From assembly GCF_001194135.2 (NCBI RefSeq), contig NC_068982.1:131475982-131539981 (forward strand): a stretch of DNA of 64,000 nucleotides. The letters are read 5' to 3'. Source of the DNA: Octopus bimaculoides. Lineage: Eukaryota. Of this stretch, positions 24,931-39,185 are shown piece by piece. The position numbers and the translations under genes were made by a program. The stretch's first letter is position 1, and each line of letters starts with the position of its first letter. Below the pieces are notes generated by a model. It did not search any database and had not been told where the DNA came from. It saw only the letters and a program-made list of their open reading frames with translations.

Positions 24931-26113
24931 GCGAATAGGAAGGTAGATAAAACACAAACCCCTTCAGGTAGATGGCCCTGCTCAGTATGTAGAAAAGGAG
25001 TAGGTAGTAACTCTATAAGATGTACCCGGTGCAAGCTATGGACACATAAGAGGTGCAGCAACATCAAAGGCAGGTTAACTAGCAAGTTAGTTTTTGTTTG
25101 TGGCAGATGTTCAGGTGCAATAAAGACTGCAAACAAACAGGAAACAACTTCTATCTCATTCCAGGGTGAAAAACTAGAGGTAGTCGATAGCTTCCGCTAT
25201 CTGGGCGACCAAGTTAGTAGTGGGGGTGGGTGCGCTGAAAGTGTAGCTGCTAGAATAAGAATAGCCTGGGCAAAGTTTAGAGAGCTCTTACCCCTGCTGG
25301 CGACAAAGGGACTCTCACTCAGAGTAAAAGGCAGACTGTATGACGCNNNNNNNNNNNNNNNNNNNNNNNNNNNNNNNNNNNNNNNNNNNNNNNNNNNNNN
25401 NNNNNNNNNNNNNNNNNNNNNNNNNNNNNNNNNNNNNNNNNNNNNNNNNNNNNNNNNNNNNNNNNNNNNNNNNNNNNNNNNNNNNNNNNNNNNNNNNNNN
25501 NNNNNNNNNNNNNNNNNNNNNNNNNNNNNNNNNNNNNNNNNNNNNNNNNNNNNNNNNNNNNNNNNNNNNNNNNNNNNNNNNNNNNNNNNNNNNNNNNNNN
25601 NNNNNNNNNNNNNNNNNNNNNNNNNNNNNNNNNNNNNNNNNNNNNNNNNNNNNNNNNNNNNNNNNNNNNNNNNNNNNNNNNNNNNNNNNNNNNNNNNNNN
25701 NNNNNNNNNNNNNNNNNNNNNNNNNNNNNNNNNNNNNNNNNNNNNNNNNNNNNNNNNNNNNNNNNNNNNNNNNNNNNNNNNNNNNNNNNNNNNNNNNNNN
25801 NNNNNNNNNNNNNNNNNNNNNNNNNNNNNNNNNNNNNNNNNNNNNNNNNNNNNNNNNNNNNNNNNNNNNNNNNNNNNNNNNNNNNNNNNNNNNNNNNNNN
25901 NNNNNNNNNNNNNNNNGTGCGGGTGACACGTAAAAGCACCCACTACACTCTCTGAGTGGTTGGCGTTAGGAAGGGCATCCAGCTGTAGAAACTCTGCCAA
26001 ATCAGACTGGAGCCTGGTGTTGCCATCCGGTTTCACCAGTCCTCAGTCAAATCGTCCAACCCATGCTAGCATGGAAAGCGGACGTTAAACGATGATGATG
26101 ATGATGATGATGA
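24931..26113 (+). mobile_element. 5'-truncated RTE-clade LINE with PHD-type finger, 3' UTR and (GAT)n tail; interior in an N-gap
   Basis: Stop-free frame 24931-25346: ...GRWPCSVCRKGVGSNSIRCTRCKLWTHKRCSNIKGRLTSKLVFVCGRC...KLEVVDSFRYLGDQVSSGGGCAESVAARIRIAWAKFRELLPLLATKGLSLRVKGRLYD. RTE-type 3' end ttggcgttaggaagggcatccagc...gacgttaaac(gat)n. Confidence 0.92.
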
Positions 26114-26444
26114 ATGGCTAAACAAAAGTTAGAATCGCCTTAATTGTCTAAAAGTTTAAGCGACAGAAATGAAATAAAATACTTCCAAGGGGGAAGTGAA
26201 GTTAGGTAATGTTGAATCATAATATGCTTACTTAAAGCTATGGAATAATTAAATAAAACAAAGCTGGGTGGATAATTTGCATATGTGTGTGTGTGTCTGT
26301 GTGTGTGTCTGTGCATGTGTGTTTGTGTGCGTGTATGTGTAAATATGTATGCCTATGCGTGTGGATATGTGAGGAACAGCTAACCTTATTATGAGCATGA
26401 CTTGGGTGTTAACTGTTAGAATTCCTTGCAGAATTTTTTCCACT

Positions 26445-26605
26445 CATTATGTGCTCGGTTCAAATTCCGCTGACGTCGACTTTGCCTTCTCATCCTTCCG
26501 GAAAGAATAGATTAAAGTACAACTCAAGTACTGTGGTTGATTTAAGCGACTAAGCAATCCTTTCCCCCAACAAATCTTAGACTTTGTGCCTGTACTGGAA
26601 ACAGT
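26445..26605 (+). mobile_element. SINE-B copy, 5' part missing
   Basis: ggttcaaattccgctgacgtcgactttgccttctcatcc...gactttgtgcctgtactggaaac. Confidence 0.8.
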
Positions 26606-26723
26606 TATATCGAGCATAATTTCTAAGACGTTTCTCATTTCTTCATTAGTCCTTTATATGTCGTTTGAAACAGTAAGAAAAACAATACTAAACGAAAGAA
26701 ATGGTAAAACTGGACCACCGTCG

Positions 26724-26776
<53 letters not shown>

Positions 26777-26871
26777 TTATTTATTTATCGACCTGTCTGC
26801 CTGTTTGTCTGCCTGCCTGCCTGTTTCTCTGCCTGTCTGTCTGCCTGCTTGTCTATCTGTCTATCTGTTTG

Positions 26872-26958
<87 letters not shown>

Positions 26959-27100
26959 GTCTGTCTGTCTGTTTGTTTGTCTGTCTGCCTGTCTGTCTGT
27001 CTGTCTACCTGTCTGCCCGTCTGTCTGTACGTCTGTCTGCACGTCTGTCTGCCCGGCTGTCTGTCTATTTGTCTATCTGTCTGTCTGTCAATTTATTTAC
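26724..27100. repeat. Compound tetranucleotide array (CTAT)/(CTGT)/(CTGC)
   Basis: Direct reading; accounts for the LSIY/LSVC ORFs. Confidence 0.96.
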
Positions 27101-27220
27101 CTACGTACGCTCACACACATAGAAACAATCAAATACCGTGGTTGAAGTTTATTTTCGATATGTTTGATTCGTTAAATTAAAAGTTTACCATCCATTTCTT
27201 CTACAGAAAGAGTAAATATG

Positions 27221-27355
27221 AAATACATAAAATTACATACAAGAAAAAAATATATAAAATTACGTATAAGAAAAAATATATATGATTATATATAATAAAA
27301 ATATATAAAATCACACATAAGAAAAATGTATAAAATTTATATAAGAAAAATATAA
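27221..27355. repeat. AT-rich minisatellite, ~24-27-bp unit, about 5-6 degenerate copies
   Basis: Unit close to aaaaatatataaaattacatataag. Confidence 0.75.
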
Positions 27356-27910
27356 CAACTAAAACTCCGAACAGATAAATAAATAATTGAAAAGATGAAA
27401 CAAAAAATACAACCAAATAAAACGTAATTTTAGCAATGAAATGAATACGTCAGTGTTTTTTTTTTATTATTTAAAATATAATATTTGCAAACGAACAAGA
27501 GAGACAAAATAACAACAGAAAACAAAGAGAGGAAGGGACAGAGTAAGGAAGGCGACAAATAGCAACATAGTTTAGCTACATCTCTAAACGTAGGCAAACT
27601 GATTAACTGATACACTTAATACTGTATAAAGATTAATATATGAGGTAAAATAACTGTCGTTAAGTAGCTTCATTAATCCGTATTAAGAGGTAGAAGCATA
27701 CTTAACAGACTAGGTAATGTTCAAGAGACGTTGCACCTTGCATGTTAGCTATCAACCCTTATCTTGTTGATGAGCAATACATTTCCATTCAATACATTTT
27801 ACATTCTAAAGAGCCGGCTTCACGATATATTGGGTATCAGACTCCCAAAAGGATTCTTCAGTAAAATAAAGCTTATGAAAGCATGTGAACCCATTTGTGT
27901 GTATATATGC

Positions 27911-28293
27911 TTTCATTTGTTTCAGTCAATTGACTACGGTTATGCTGGAGCACCGCCTTTAGTCGAGCAAATCGACCCAGAACTTATTCTTTGTAAGCCT
28001 AGTACTTATTCTATCGGCCTCTTTTGCCAAACTGCTAAGTTATGGGGATGTAAACACACCAGCATCAGTTATCAAGCGATGGTTGGAAGGCAAACACAGA
28101 TACACACACAAATATATACATATGTATATACGACGGGCTTCTTTCAATTTCCGTCTATCAAATCCACTCACAAGGCTTTGGTCGGCCCAAGCCTATAGTA
28201 GAAGAGACTTGCCCAAGGCGCCACGCAGTGGGACTGAACCAGGAACCATGTGGTTGGTAAGCAAGCTACTTACCACACAGCCACTCTTGCACC
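27911..28293 (-). mobile_element. SINE-A full copy, short internal microsatellite
   Basis: Complete from head (ggtgcaagagtggctgtgtggtaag on the minus strand) to tail (gactgaaacaaatgaaa). Confidence 0.92.
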
Positions 28294-29944
28294 TATACAT
28301 ATTTATGCGCGTGTGTGTAAGTGTGTGTGCGTGTGTACATGAGTATGCGTGTGAGTACATGTGTGTGGATGTGGACAGGTGTGGATAGGTGTGTCCATGT
28401 GTATTCTAATTTTGCACAGATTTCAGCCTTCTGGCTATCGTCTTGCTGTGTGAAAGATATTTAATATATTTTAATTCCATGCAATAGGAAATAATGAACT
28501 TGTTGACTTTTGACAAGTTATTTTAGAAGACATACAAGTCTATATTTTTAACCAATGAATGGAGCAAGAGTTGTGGTTCTCCTCAATGTCTTATTAGCTA
28601 ACAGAGACGCTATGAATACATGACATGCAATATATTTCGCGGATTGTAGGCTACTTCAGAAACGAAACTGCTGTCATGAAACATGAACGGAACTGTTGCA
28701 GGAGAAAGCAGCCAAGATGACGTGAGAGAAAAGGTAGCAATAATCTTTATATCAATGGTAGACATGTTACTGTAGTGTGGAGTTCGTACACTTGACATCG
28801 TCACTTTTATCTATGTGTGACAAAGAACCTCCTAACAGATTTGGATCACTCGGGCAGAACGCACCTTTCATTTCCTAGATTGCTAGTATTTTCTAATATG
28901 GTTTCATATTAGGGTTCTCTAACTCACATTATATCAATTCTAGCGTCCCTTAATATTTGGTTTTCTCCCTGTTACTCTTCTTTCTTTCTTTCAATGACCT
29001 TTATTATTTACTACAATTATTCCTATGAAGATGTTAATACTGTTTATTCCTCGATAACCTTTTGTACATAGTTACCTTACACACACAAACTGTATATCTC
29101 AAGTAAGACTTATATTGTATTTCTGTTCTTCTAAAGCAGCAAGCGGTTTTCCACCTCTCTTATCTCAGCACATCTGATCAACTCAACTCTCCTAGTCATC
29201 CACCCTCTTTCACTCTCAAATCTTGTCGTCTTGGCGAGTATAATGCTGCTTCAATATATCGAGTCTTTCTACAGCTTGGCAAGCTTTTACAATACCAATG
29301 AATGCTTTATATAGTTTCCTATATATCGAAGCACGAATTTCGTTTAAGCAGGATATAATTGAGTGCACGGCATTTATAAGCTGCAACAAAAGAGAACCAC
29401 GTCTGTCGTCCCCATGGGTCACTTCAGCGACAACGGTCATCTCGCTCTGATATTCAGTGTGTTTTTAATATGACAAGCCCATGAAAAAACTTTCATCTCG
29501 GACACTTCCACAGTATCATGTCTACAAACGGTATGTATTCATTAAGTATCGCACACAGATGGCAATTTAATATAATACTGTTTCAATTGCGCATACCGAA
29601 TATATTATATATGACATACACACACACATATATGATTGCCTTAAAATGAGGCAGTCATCATCGTCGTCGTCTTCATCATCATCATAATCATCATCATCAT
29701 AATCATCATCATCATAATCATAATCATCATAATCATCATCATCTATATATGTGTATATATAAATATATTATGTGTATGTATGCATGTATGTTTATTTTAT
29801 TGTTTAATTATTATGAACCTTCCACTGAGGAGGGAGCCGGTTTCTAACAAAGATACAAGGCCTCATCTTTGGGCTGTAGTCAACACAGACAAATTCACAT
29901 TTCTCTGTGTATGCATGAATGTATGTCCTTTTATTTTCTTTTAT

Positions 29945-30143
29945 TCTTTCATTCTTTGTTTCAACCATTTGACTGCGGCCATGCTGGAAACACCGCCTTT
30001 AGTCGAACAAATCAACCCCAGGACTTATTCTTTGCAAGCCTAGTATATTCTATCGATATCTTTTGCCGAACCGCTAAGTTATGGGGACGTAAACACACCA
30101 ACATCGGTTGTCAAGTGATGGTGGGGACAAACACAGACGCACA

Positions 30144-30182
<39 letters not shown>

Positions 30183-30313
30183 GACGGGATTCTTTCAGTT
30201 TCCGTCTACCAAATTCGCTCACAAGGCTTCGGTCGACCCGAGGCTATAGTAGAAGACACCTGTGCACGGTGTCAAACAGTGGGACTGAACCCGGAACCAT
30301 GTGGTTGGTAAGC
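29945..30313 (-). mobile_element. SINE-A near-full copy with internal (TA)n
   Basis: Aligns with 27911-28293; the extreme 5' head runs into (TG)n and a gap. Confidence 0.9.
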
Positions 30314-30380
30314 ATATGTGTGTGNNNNNNNNNNNNNNNNNNNNNNNNNNNNNNNNNNNNNNNNNNNNNNNNNNNNNNNN

Positions 30381-30424
<44 letters not shown>

Positions 30425-31351
30425 GATTCCGCTTAGGTACAAAATCACAGTATACAATATATTTAAATGCTTTGCACAATAAAATAACACTTCATTGAAC
30501 TTGCTTTGAAGAAGGAACTAGTTTTCAGATGGCGCACTGGCACTCATATCTAAATACACAGTTCCTTGTAGGAAAAACAACTGTAAGCTAATGAAAGTGA
30601 CTACCTAACTCTTGTACTTTTGCCATTTATTAATATATGTATACGTGTTTGTGTGTGTGTGTGTGCGTCTCTGTGTGTATGCATACGATGACCGAATATT
30701 GGAAAATCAAACAAAAACTAGCGAGTATTAGGAATATTGATGGATTTAAATACAGAAACGTTATGCTACACTAACCAGAGCATGGAGCGTATAACTTACT
30801 GATAAGCGCTACCGAAAATGAACGTCAGTATTTAAGCAACAGCAAAAGCTCATAAAATCTTTGTGAAATTTAAGGTGTTAAGTATTCTGATATGTGTATT
30901 GAAGAACATTAGACAAAGCCTTTTTAAAATTTAATTTATTGATATGTTTTTCATTCTTAGTATTTGTGTTTGCTTTGACCTGCAGCCACAAGAGAAAGGA
31001 ATCAAATTAAGCGGAACAAAAACATTTTATTCCTTGTTCTTCTGCGTTGCAGTAACTCGATCCAGTTCGGTTCATGGACTGTTGAATCATCATAGATTTT
31101 GCAGCAGTAAGCCCTTGTGATTTACTAGTCATATCAGAGTGAATGTTAGTTTATAACACGTATTTCCACCTAAGGATATAACTCGCAAAATTCCAGCTCG
31201 AAGTCATGTGATACCTGACCAATTATGTTAGATGCCAATATGCCAATATGTTAGATGCATGTCCATACTTTAGTATGATCACTCTCAGTAAGATATAGTA
31301 TAATGTAAAACATAAAGTAAAACTCTAAAGATGGAATACTTTATAATTTAT

Positions 31352-31424
<73 letters not shown>

Positions 31425-32954
31425 TATTCACAAACAGAGTATATATATATATATATATATATATATNNNNNNNNNNNNNNNNNNNNNNNNNNNNNNNNNN
31501 NNNNNNNNNNNNNNNNNNNNNNNNNNNNNNNNNNNNNNNNNNNNNNNNNNNNNNNNNNNNNNNNNNNNNNNNNNNNNNNNNNNNNNNNNNNNNNNNNNNN
31601 NNNNNNNNNNNNNNNNNNNNNNNNNNNNNNNNNNNNNNNNNNNNNNNNNNNNNNNNNNNNNNNNNNNNNNNNNNNNNNNNNNNNNNNNNNNNNNNNNNNN
31701 NNNNNNNNNNNNNNNNNNNNNNNNNNNNNNNNNNNNNNNNNNNNNNNNNNNNNNNNNNNNNNNNNNNNNNNNNNNNACATATATATAACAGGCAAAGATA
31801 ATGGACAAATTAGAATGTCAGAATGAATATTTCATAGTAAGTAGCATTAACTCTTTTAAATCTGAGATGAAATTTTAACTAAATTAAATTTTACATTTTA
31901 TCGGTTTTGGATGATATCATAAGTACATGTGACACAAAGTATAGTTTCAGCTCTGAATAGAGCTCACCGAAGAAAATATGTTCTGTTTTTTTTTTTTATG
32001 GAAAGAAATCGATATGTCTGAGATGGGGTGAATCTTGCTAAATTATATAACGTCCGGCCTCTTCAAGAGATTGGTCTTTCTTTTGACAGAAATGACTGTG
32101 AACTACTAATTAAACTTTCGAGCCGGGAGAAAACAGATAAAAATCAAAATGTGCAACGAAACAGACGAAATTGTTTGTAAAACATATGAATAACAATATT
32201 AGAAATATAATTATAATAAAAAACATTCTATAATCCGCAACTTAAGAAACTAATATTATCCGCAAATGGTATTTTATATTATTTTATTTTTGCGACTATG
32301 ACATTTGTTAAAATCATGATGTAAGTTATGTTGGTTTAAACTTGCATGGTTTCATTTATTTGACAGTAAACAAGCAAACTGAATTCACATACTCAAATAC
32401 ATACTCTTCAAGGCAAACACAGACTGTTTTGTTAGAGAAAAACAACAAACAAACAAACAAACAAAAAACTACTAAATACAATTGCCATTAAAAGATAAAT
32501 TGTGCAAAACGAGCAGAATTTCAACTGATAACAGAAGCCATAGATAGCTGATAAGAAGCCTTTTTTGCCAAATTCAAATTATATAATCACGTTACACTGC
32601 CATAAGTGTAAAAGAAAATATAAACATTCAATAATCTCAACAGCTAAAATTCTCAGACTTTGCCATCAGAATTGACCAAGGTGCTGCTATTTTGTCTAAG
32701 TAAGCCACTCATAAAAGCCCATTGATGGTGGTGGCGATGAATGTGGAAATTACTAATAGCCTCATTACAGAAAAATAGAAAAATAAAAAGGACACGAAGG
32801 TGGTACTTTCAATGTTTCTGCTGATATCGTTAATGTTGTTACAAAATAAAGATTAAACAAATAAATAAATGTTCCATTAGGAACCGCAAAAGTACTATGC
32901 TTATTTTGATTTCAGGATGTGTGTCAAGAGGCAGCGCACTTTAAAAGTGTTATT

Positions 32955-33035
32955 GAAGAAGAAGAAGAAGAAGAAGAAGAAGAAGAAGAAGAAGAAGAAG
33001 AAGAAGAAGAAGAAGAAGAAGAAGAAGAAGAAGAA
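32955..33035. repeat. (GAA)27 perfect trinucleotide repeat
   Basis: Direct count, 81 nt. Confidence 0.97.
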
Positions 33036-33544
33036 TTACAAACTGTATAACACCAACAGCAATAAGAACCAGAACAGGGAAATGTTAACCATTTGCTATG
33101 GAAGACGTTTTTTTTATGAAATCAAAAGCCAATAATCGGACTCAATTAAATGGATCCATTTGGAATAATGAAAGACAAGATTGCTTCCCAGATGGGTTTA
33201 ATTTCTGAATTTTATATGGATATTGTAATACATTTTGTCTATCAATCACAATACATTTTGTCGATCAATCTACTGAATTGACAATATATTGTTTCATTGA
33301 CGCGGTTAATACTTCGTATTTTAGTGGACGCAGACATAGCTGTGCGGTTAAGAGGTTTGTTTCGTAACTATGTGGTTTCGAGTTTAATCCCAGCGTGGAG
33401 TATCTCTGAAAAGTATCTTCTCAGGTCAACCTGAATAAATTTCGTAGGTTTAAATAATGTGGAAGCATGTTGGAGGTGTCGTTATTGCTAGACGTAATCA
33501 GTCAACCAGTTTAGCACCACTACCTGACCAATAGATATCTTCGT

Positions 33545-33930
33545 GTCAAGCCACTGCATTGAGAATATCTTTCTCCTTATGAGGCCCACATTTATGGGGG
33601 TGGCACTCTTCCAAATCGCTCATCGTCTTCCAGGGACGTTCTTCAGCTTTTGAAGCGCCCGTGCCCCTCGAAACATTGCGTACGACCCATTGCTCTGCCC
33701 TATAAGCTTACCGAAGCATGCTCAATGTCTCTGTAGCAGACTTCCCAAGTTTAACGCAAAATTTCACATGATTACAAAAACACAAATTTCACAACTTGCG
33801 AGGTAAACACAGCGATGTCATTCGACACCCTGGCTCATGAAGGTCACTGCTAGCTTTCACTGTGCGTGCAACCATATGCATTTGTAGGTGCGCTACAGAA
33901 CTAGTCCGGGAATTTTTTGATACCACCGTA
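33545..33930 (-). mobile_element. Mariner remnant: left TIR and transposase N-terminal HTH fragment
   Basis: Minus strand TA|TACGGTGGTATCAAAAAATTCCCGGACT terminus; CVKLGKSATETLSMLR*AY / AMGRTQCFEGHGRFKS*RTSLEDDERFGR matches a mariner transposase N-terminus. Confidence 0.88.
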
Positions 33931-34522
33931 TAATAGAAAGCTTTGCTTCTCTGAAGGTCGAAATCCTGTGTTGACCCCTCTAGGCTCCGTATTAGAAATA
34001 GCAGAGAATTTTCATGATCTATTCATTGACTCTATTGTTGGGGAAAAATAGCTTTTAACCTGATCGTAGTAAAGTTAAAAAATCCCCTTTTAATTTAAAT
34101 AAATATAAAATTCATTACAAGAAACACCAGATTCATTAGCACAATCCAAACCTGATATGACACAATATAAGGTTGAAAATAGACTCTCCCACAGTCACCG
34201 AGCTAAGAATCTCGAAACAAAAGCATATTTAAGTAGTAATGTTAGGAAATATCTAGCCAAAGAAGGAAAGAGCTTGAATAAAAATGAACGAAACAAAGCT
34301 AGAGTAATTTTTTTTTTCGTCTTTCTATGTTTTGGTTTTTAATCACTCCAAAGATGATTTTTCCTTCCATCCATTAGGGGATGAGGTGGGTGACTAGAAT
34401 ACTCAATCAAATCGGCCATTTAAAAAGAAACTAACTCACCAAATGCCTTAGTATGAGATCGATGTTTTGATCAACACACATACATATATATATATATATA
34501 TACTGAGGGCTCTCATATCTCT

Positions 34523-34570
<48 letters not shown>

Positions 34571-34580
34571 NNNNNNNNNN

Positions 34581-34626
<46 letters not shown>

Positions 34627-35635
34627 TCTTTACACGCATACACTTTTCTGCGTGTGCATGCGTGTATGTGTGTGCATTTAATAAACTTCAAGAAAAAAGA
34701 CCAATTTCTTTTTGTATAAGATTATATAGCCTAAACTCTTATATGTGGGGTCAAATTGGATTGTGTAAAGTTGATATTTTCACAAAGTCAAGCGCTTTAG
34801 AGATAAGCATTGAAGAAATTCCGTTCAATCCTAGAATTGACACTATATCAGTAACTATGTGGCTTTCTTCCATAACAGTACCGAAAGCATTGTTTTTATT
34901 CAGGCATAATTCATGAAATGTAAAAAGATAAGAGATAAGAGAATACGTTTTAAGTCAAAATGTTTCCAGCTTAGATTTTAAACCAGGTCGTCAAAATTGT
35001 TGACTTACTGATAACATTTTCTCTACGATAATGATAATTGAATTAAAGCTATTTCACTTTACTTACACTGATAATGTTTTGAAAGCAAGTATGAGAACTT
35101 CTTGTGGCTGTGTACATTCATTCGTTAAAATAGTTTATCAAACTTAGAACTATTCTAGTGAAGGAAAGGAGGTTGGATTATAAAAAAAAAAAAAGAATTG
35201 AAAGTATTCGGTTAAAAATAGATATTTTACCAGGAAATAATAGACAAGTAACAATGAGTTGAATGCTAGGTAAGGCAGATATTAAGGGAAACTGAAAAAC
35301 AAATGAATTGGCAAAAGAGGCAACGCAAAAATAAATAATAGTCTAGATTTCAAATCAATCATGTTTTAAATCATTCAGCAGGAGGATAATTGGTCAAGGA
35401 TGGAAAAATATTGAGAAGAATTAAGAAATAAACTAGCAAACTTTAATCCTCCATTATTACAGTCAGATCTACCAACGTATATAACGAATCAGCTCCTGAG
35501 CAAAGTTAAGAAAGTCTATTGACTTCGATCGGACAATATTCCTTTAATGAACAGGTCGAATGGAATCATCTTTATGTTCTTGTGGAGGCTATTGAGAAAC
35601 TTTATATTATTTGTTTCAATGCGAAAATTACCAGC

Positions 35636-35637
<2 letters not shown>

Positions 35638-35729
<92 letters not shown>

Positions 35730-35730
35730 G
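35638..35730. repeat. (GA)n microsatellite
   Basis: Direct reading. Confidence 0.97.
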
Positions 35731-37199
35731 AAAACATTTAAAAATGGTCTTTAAAAAGTTACCTAGGTTGAAGGTGTAATTTAATTTCAAGGCGCCACCG
35801 ACCATAAACGTGATCTTTCAATTTATAGAGGCTACTAAAAGATTTAACAGCAGAAACATTTAGCTGGTCTTTATATGTACTTCTTTCTTTTTCTTTATTT
35901 TAGATTTTTTGTTTTTGTTTCTTTTTATATACATAAGGGCTATACGAAAGCCTTCTCAATGTCTCACGCCTAAACAAATTTGCAGACACTTAAACTGATT
36001 AGATAAAGGAAAAAAAAAAAAAAATCTTTTTAAACTAGGTCTTCTGTTTCAACAGATTCCAAGGCATTTCAAGAAGTTTTGAGTTGTTGACCGTCTTACC
36101 TGAGAAGAATACGTAGAATGGAGTTATCTGAGAAGAATACACAGAATGAAGTTTGAAAAATGGCTCCAACAAGAACCGATATCGTAAATACCGTTTCTCG
36201 TAGAGATCATTATCATTCTACAGGACAACACTACAACAATGTAAGAGTAATAGAAGTGACTGAGAAAAAACGCTAGACTAAATGTTCTATAGTGTTATAC
36301 TTTATCTCACGTTGTTCTGAGTTTAAATGTAATCAAAGTCGATCTTTGGGCTCCATCAAATAAATATTAATAATATAATAAATTGAATTAGGTACGGCTA
36401 TGGTGTGAACTTACAGGCTTTGGAGTCCGGAGTACAGAATATTAACTACTCAACAACTGCCACTCTCTGGCATTGGATTAATGTTTAATGTGTGGTCGAA
36501 ATATTAATCAAATTTCGACCAGTTCCTTGGCTACATTGCCAATAGTACTTGCCGACATTCTGGCATTGTTTTCACTTCTGATTGGCTGCTTTATCTCTTT
36601 TACTTCTTTGTTTTCTAAGCAAAACATTTGAACTCCAAATTCACTTACCTACTTGGCTAAATCCATTTATTAAGAACTAAAACAGAAACGAAAATTAGCC
36701 GCAATAATTTACTATTTACTAAAAAATGTTTCCTTTTGCTGAGAAACAAAAGACTTTTAAAAGTCAAGAGAATTAATTGTCGAACAAATTAATAAGATGA
36801 GTATCATAGTGGTACATATATGTATCGATTCTAGATGCAGATAAAGAAAAACAAAACAGAAATAATAGAAAAAATGGAGAAAGTATGAGAATGTAAATTA
36901 ACAGCTAAAGTCAATCCATGTGCCAATCATAAGGATCCACATTTTGTTCCCGAGCGTTAAGAAGAAATATAAATCTCCCCAGATATGACACTTGTTTGTT
37001 GTAGCGTAACTTTCCTCAGAGGAGAAATTTAAGTCAAAATTAAAAGACAACGAGATGCTCAGCAGTTTCACATTATCGCTGCTACTACGCTGAATAATCC
37101 AAGCAAACGAATGGGTGGTCCTTAGACGTATATTGTTGTGAGAGTAATGGAAAGGGGACCGACTGGACTGGTAGTCTTATGACGTGAAACGACCGGAGC

Positions 37200-38540
37200 C
37201 GCCTTTTCACTTCTCATGTATCTGCACATGATGAGTTTGGTGGGTATTTTTTTGGACATTTATCTAGTGAGCAATCTGAAGTCTGATGTAAATGGGCAGC
37301 AAATATGGAGGCTTTCTCCTCGAGAGTATTCCTTACTAAGCTGCCATAGTTGAAAAATAAAGAAAGAGGATACTGAAAAATCTGAAAAGATCTTTTTGGC
37401 ACGGGACAAAAGGGATCGGCTGCTGTTTGGAAGGAGGGTGACCTTGTGGGTTGCGCAACCGGAAGCATCTTTATGCTTCTGTTGATATTTTTTCAGGAGT
37501 TGTGGTGGTAGCTAAAATCCGTCTTGTTTGTAGTGTGGATGATATTCTCAAGGTCTTGTAGGTAGGAGTTCTTTTCCTGAATTACTGCTATACAGCCGCA
37601 GTAGTGCAGAGTGAAGAAATTTGGTGTACTTGGTAGGGTTTGAGCTTCTGCTGTGTTTGAAATATGGAGGGACGTTACTAAGAGGATGGTTTGTATCACG
37701 TGTTTGTCTCCAGAGTAGATAGCATAGAAGCTCTAACTAGTCAGCTGACTTGAAGTCTTAATGAACCCAATGAGGCAGCATTGAAGGACAAGTTGAGGCG
37801 TTGTGAATAATCAATACAAAGTAGTAGTTGGATGACTCCATAGGCGCAGAATCCATGATGGTTTTGCAGAGTTTGAGTTTGGCGATGAGAAAGAAATCAT
37901 GGGCGTTTAAAGTACATGTGTATCAGTATGGGATGCAGTGCAATGGATGGTAACTAATACTAAAGTAGCAAAAAGCTGAGGATTGATTAAGATTTGGGTT
38001 CTGCCCGAGTAGCGTCATTGTGGGATGAGAGCCGAGAACATTGGAAACACTATTGTCACTTAAGATGAGGACATTAAGGAGAGGTCAAGCGAGAGATGTG
38101 TGATTAGGTTAAGAACAGGGCGTGTCGTTTAAGAGTAGGTTAGAGACATTGGTGATAAACTCGACTTCAGCGCAATTTTAAAAGACTTTTAGACATGAGA
38201 GAGAGAGACTGAGTTAATGTCACTTTACAGAGCCTCTAATACTGTTTAAACTGGGAGGGTGGGGGCTGGTCCGAATGCATGTAGCGGAGTAGACTCTGCT
38301 AAACTTAGTTGTACTTGTGATGGCATTCACCCGAGTTGGGTTGAGCCGGCTCCGACCAACGAGTTCACAATACCCTTCACTAATCCTGACCACGTCCGAT
38401 GGCAAATTTGACAAATGCCCCACTGGGAGAGCAAGCGTATCGGATAGTGCGGAAGTCATAACCGTAGTCATCATTCGCAGTGTAGAGTATATGTTCGGAG
38501 AACTCCAACTCTGCTAAAGGCATTCAGGGACCATTTGGTA
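37200..38540 (-). mobile_element. Degraded CR1/L2-like (Jockey group) LINE: 5' region, endonuclease and linker remnants
   Basis: Fragments PLLNVLILSDNSVS, NHHGFCAY, PSTPNFFTLHYCGCIAVIQEK, EEKASIFAAHLHQTSDCSLD fall in the expected order; many stops. Clade assignment is inference. Confidence 0.5.
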
Positions 38541-39111
38541 GTCTTAAATAAGCAAGCCATGAGGGAATTTGGACTCAAAAAAAAAAAAAATTAAATAACA
38601 GAATAGAACTAGGACAAACATCGCAGGTCATCTGCGCTCAAAATTATATAATTTCACCAATCCACCGCCCTAGATTGGCACTTTTTTTTTTAATCAATTC
38701 TCAAAATGATGAAAGACAGAGTTGACCCGTAGGATCTAACCTCACGGTGCATTCATCTTGGTGTGTTACAAGTTCGCACCAGATGAACCCGAATTTAGAA
38801 TCTGGTAGTATAAAAATTTAATACTGTAAGGAATTTACTACAGTACCGTAATGTCAAAACTAAATACACCACGACGCTAATTCTCAGAATGTGAAAATGT
38901 TTACATGTTATGAGTGGAAATGCATTTGCATATCTTTTTTATGTCTCTTCGTGCAGATTCTGTGTGTTTATATGCACGCATTTTTAGTGCACATGTACGC
39001 ATGCATGTCTATGCATACGCGTACATGCGCACGCATATATATGTGTATATGTATATATCTACCTGCTGCATATCGTATTTATAAATACAATGCATATATG
39101 TATGCATATGC

Positions 39112-39185
<74 letters not shown>

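Noticed and set aside
29216-29440. 74-codon minus-strand ORF with an internal strong acceptor
   Set aside because: No recognisable family and no consistent donor or partner exon.
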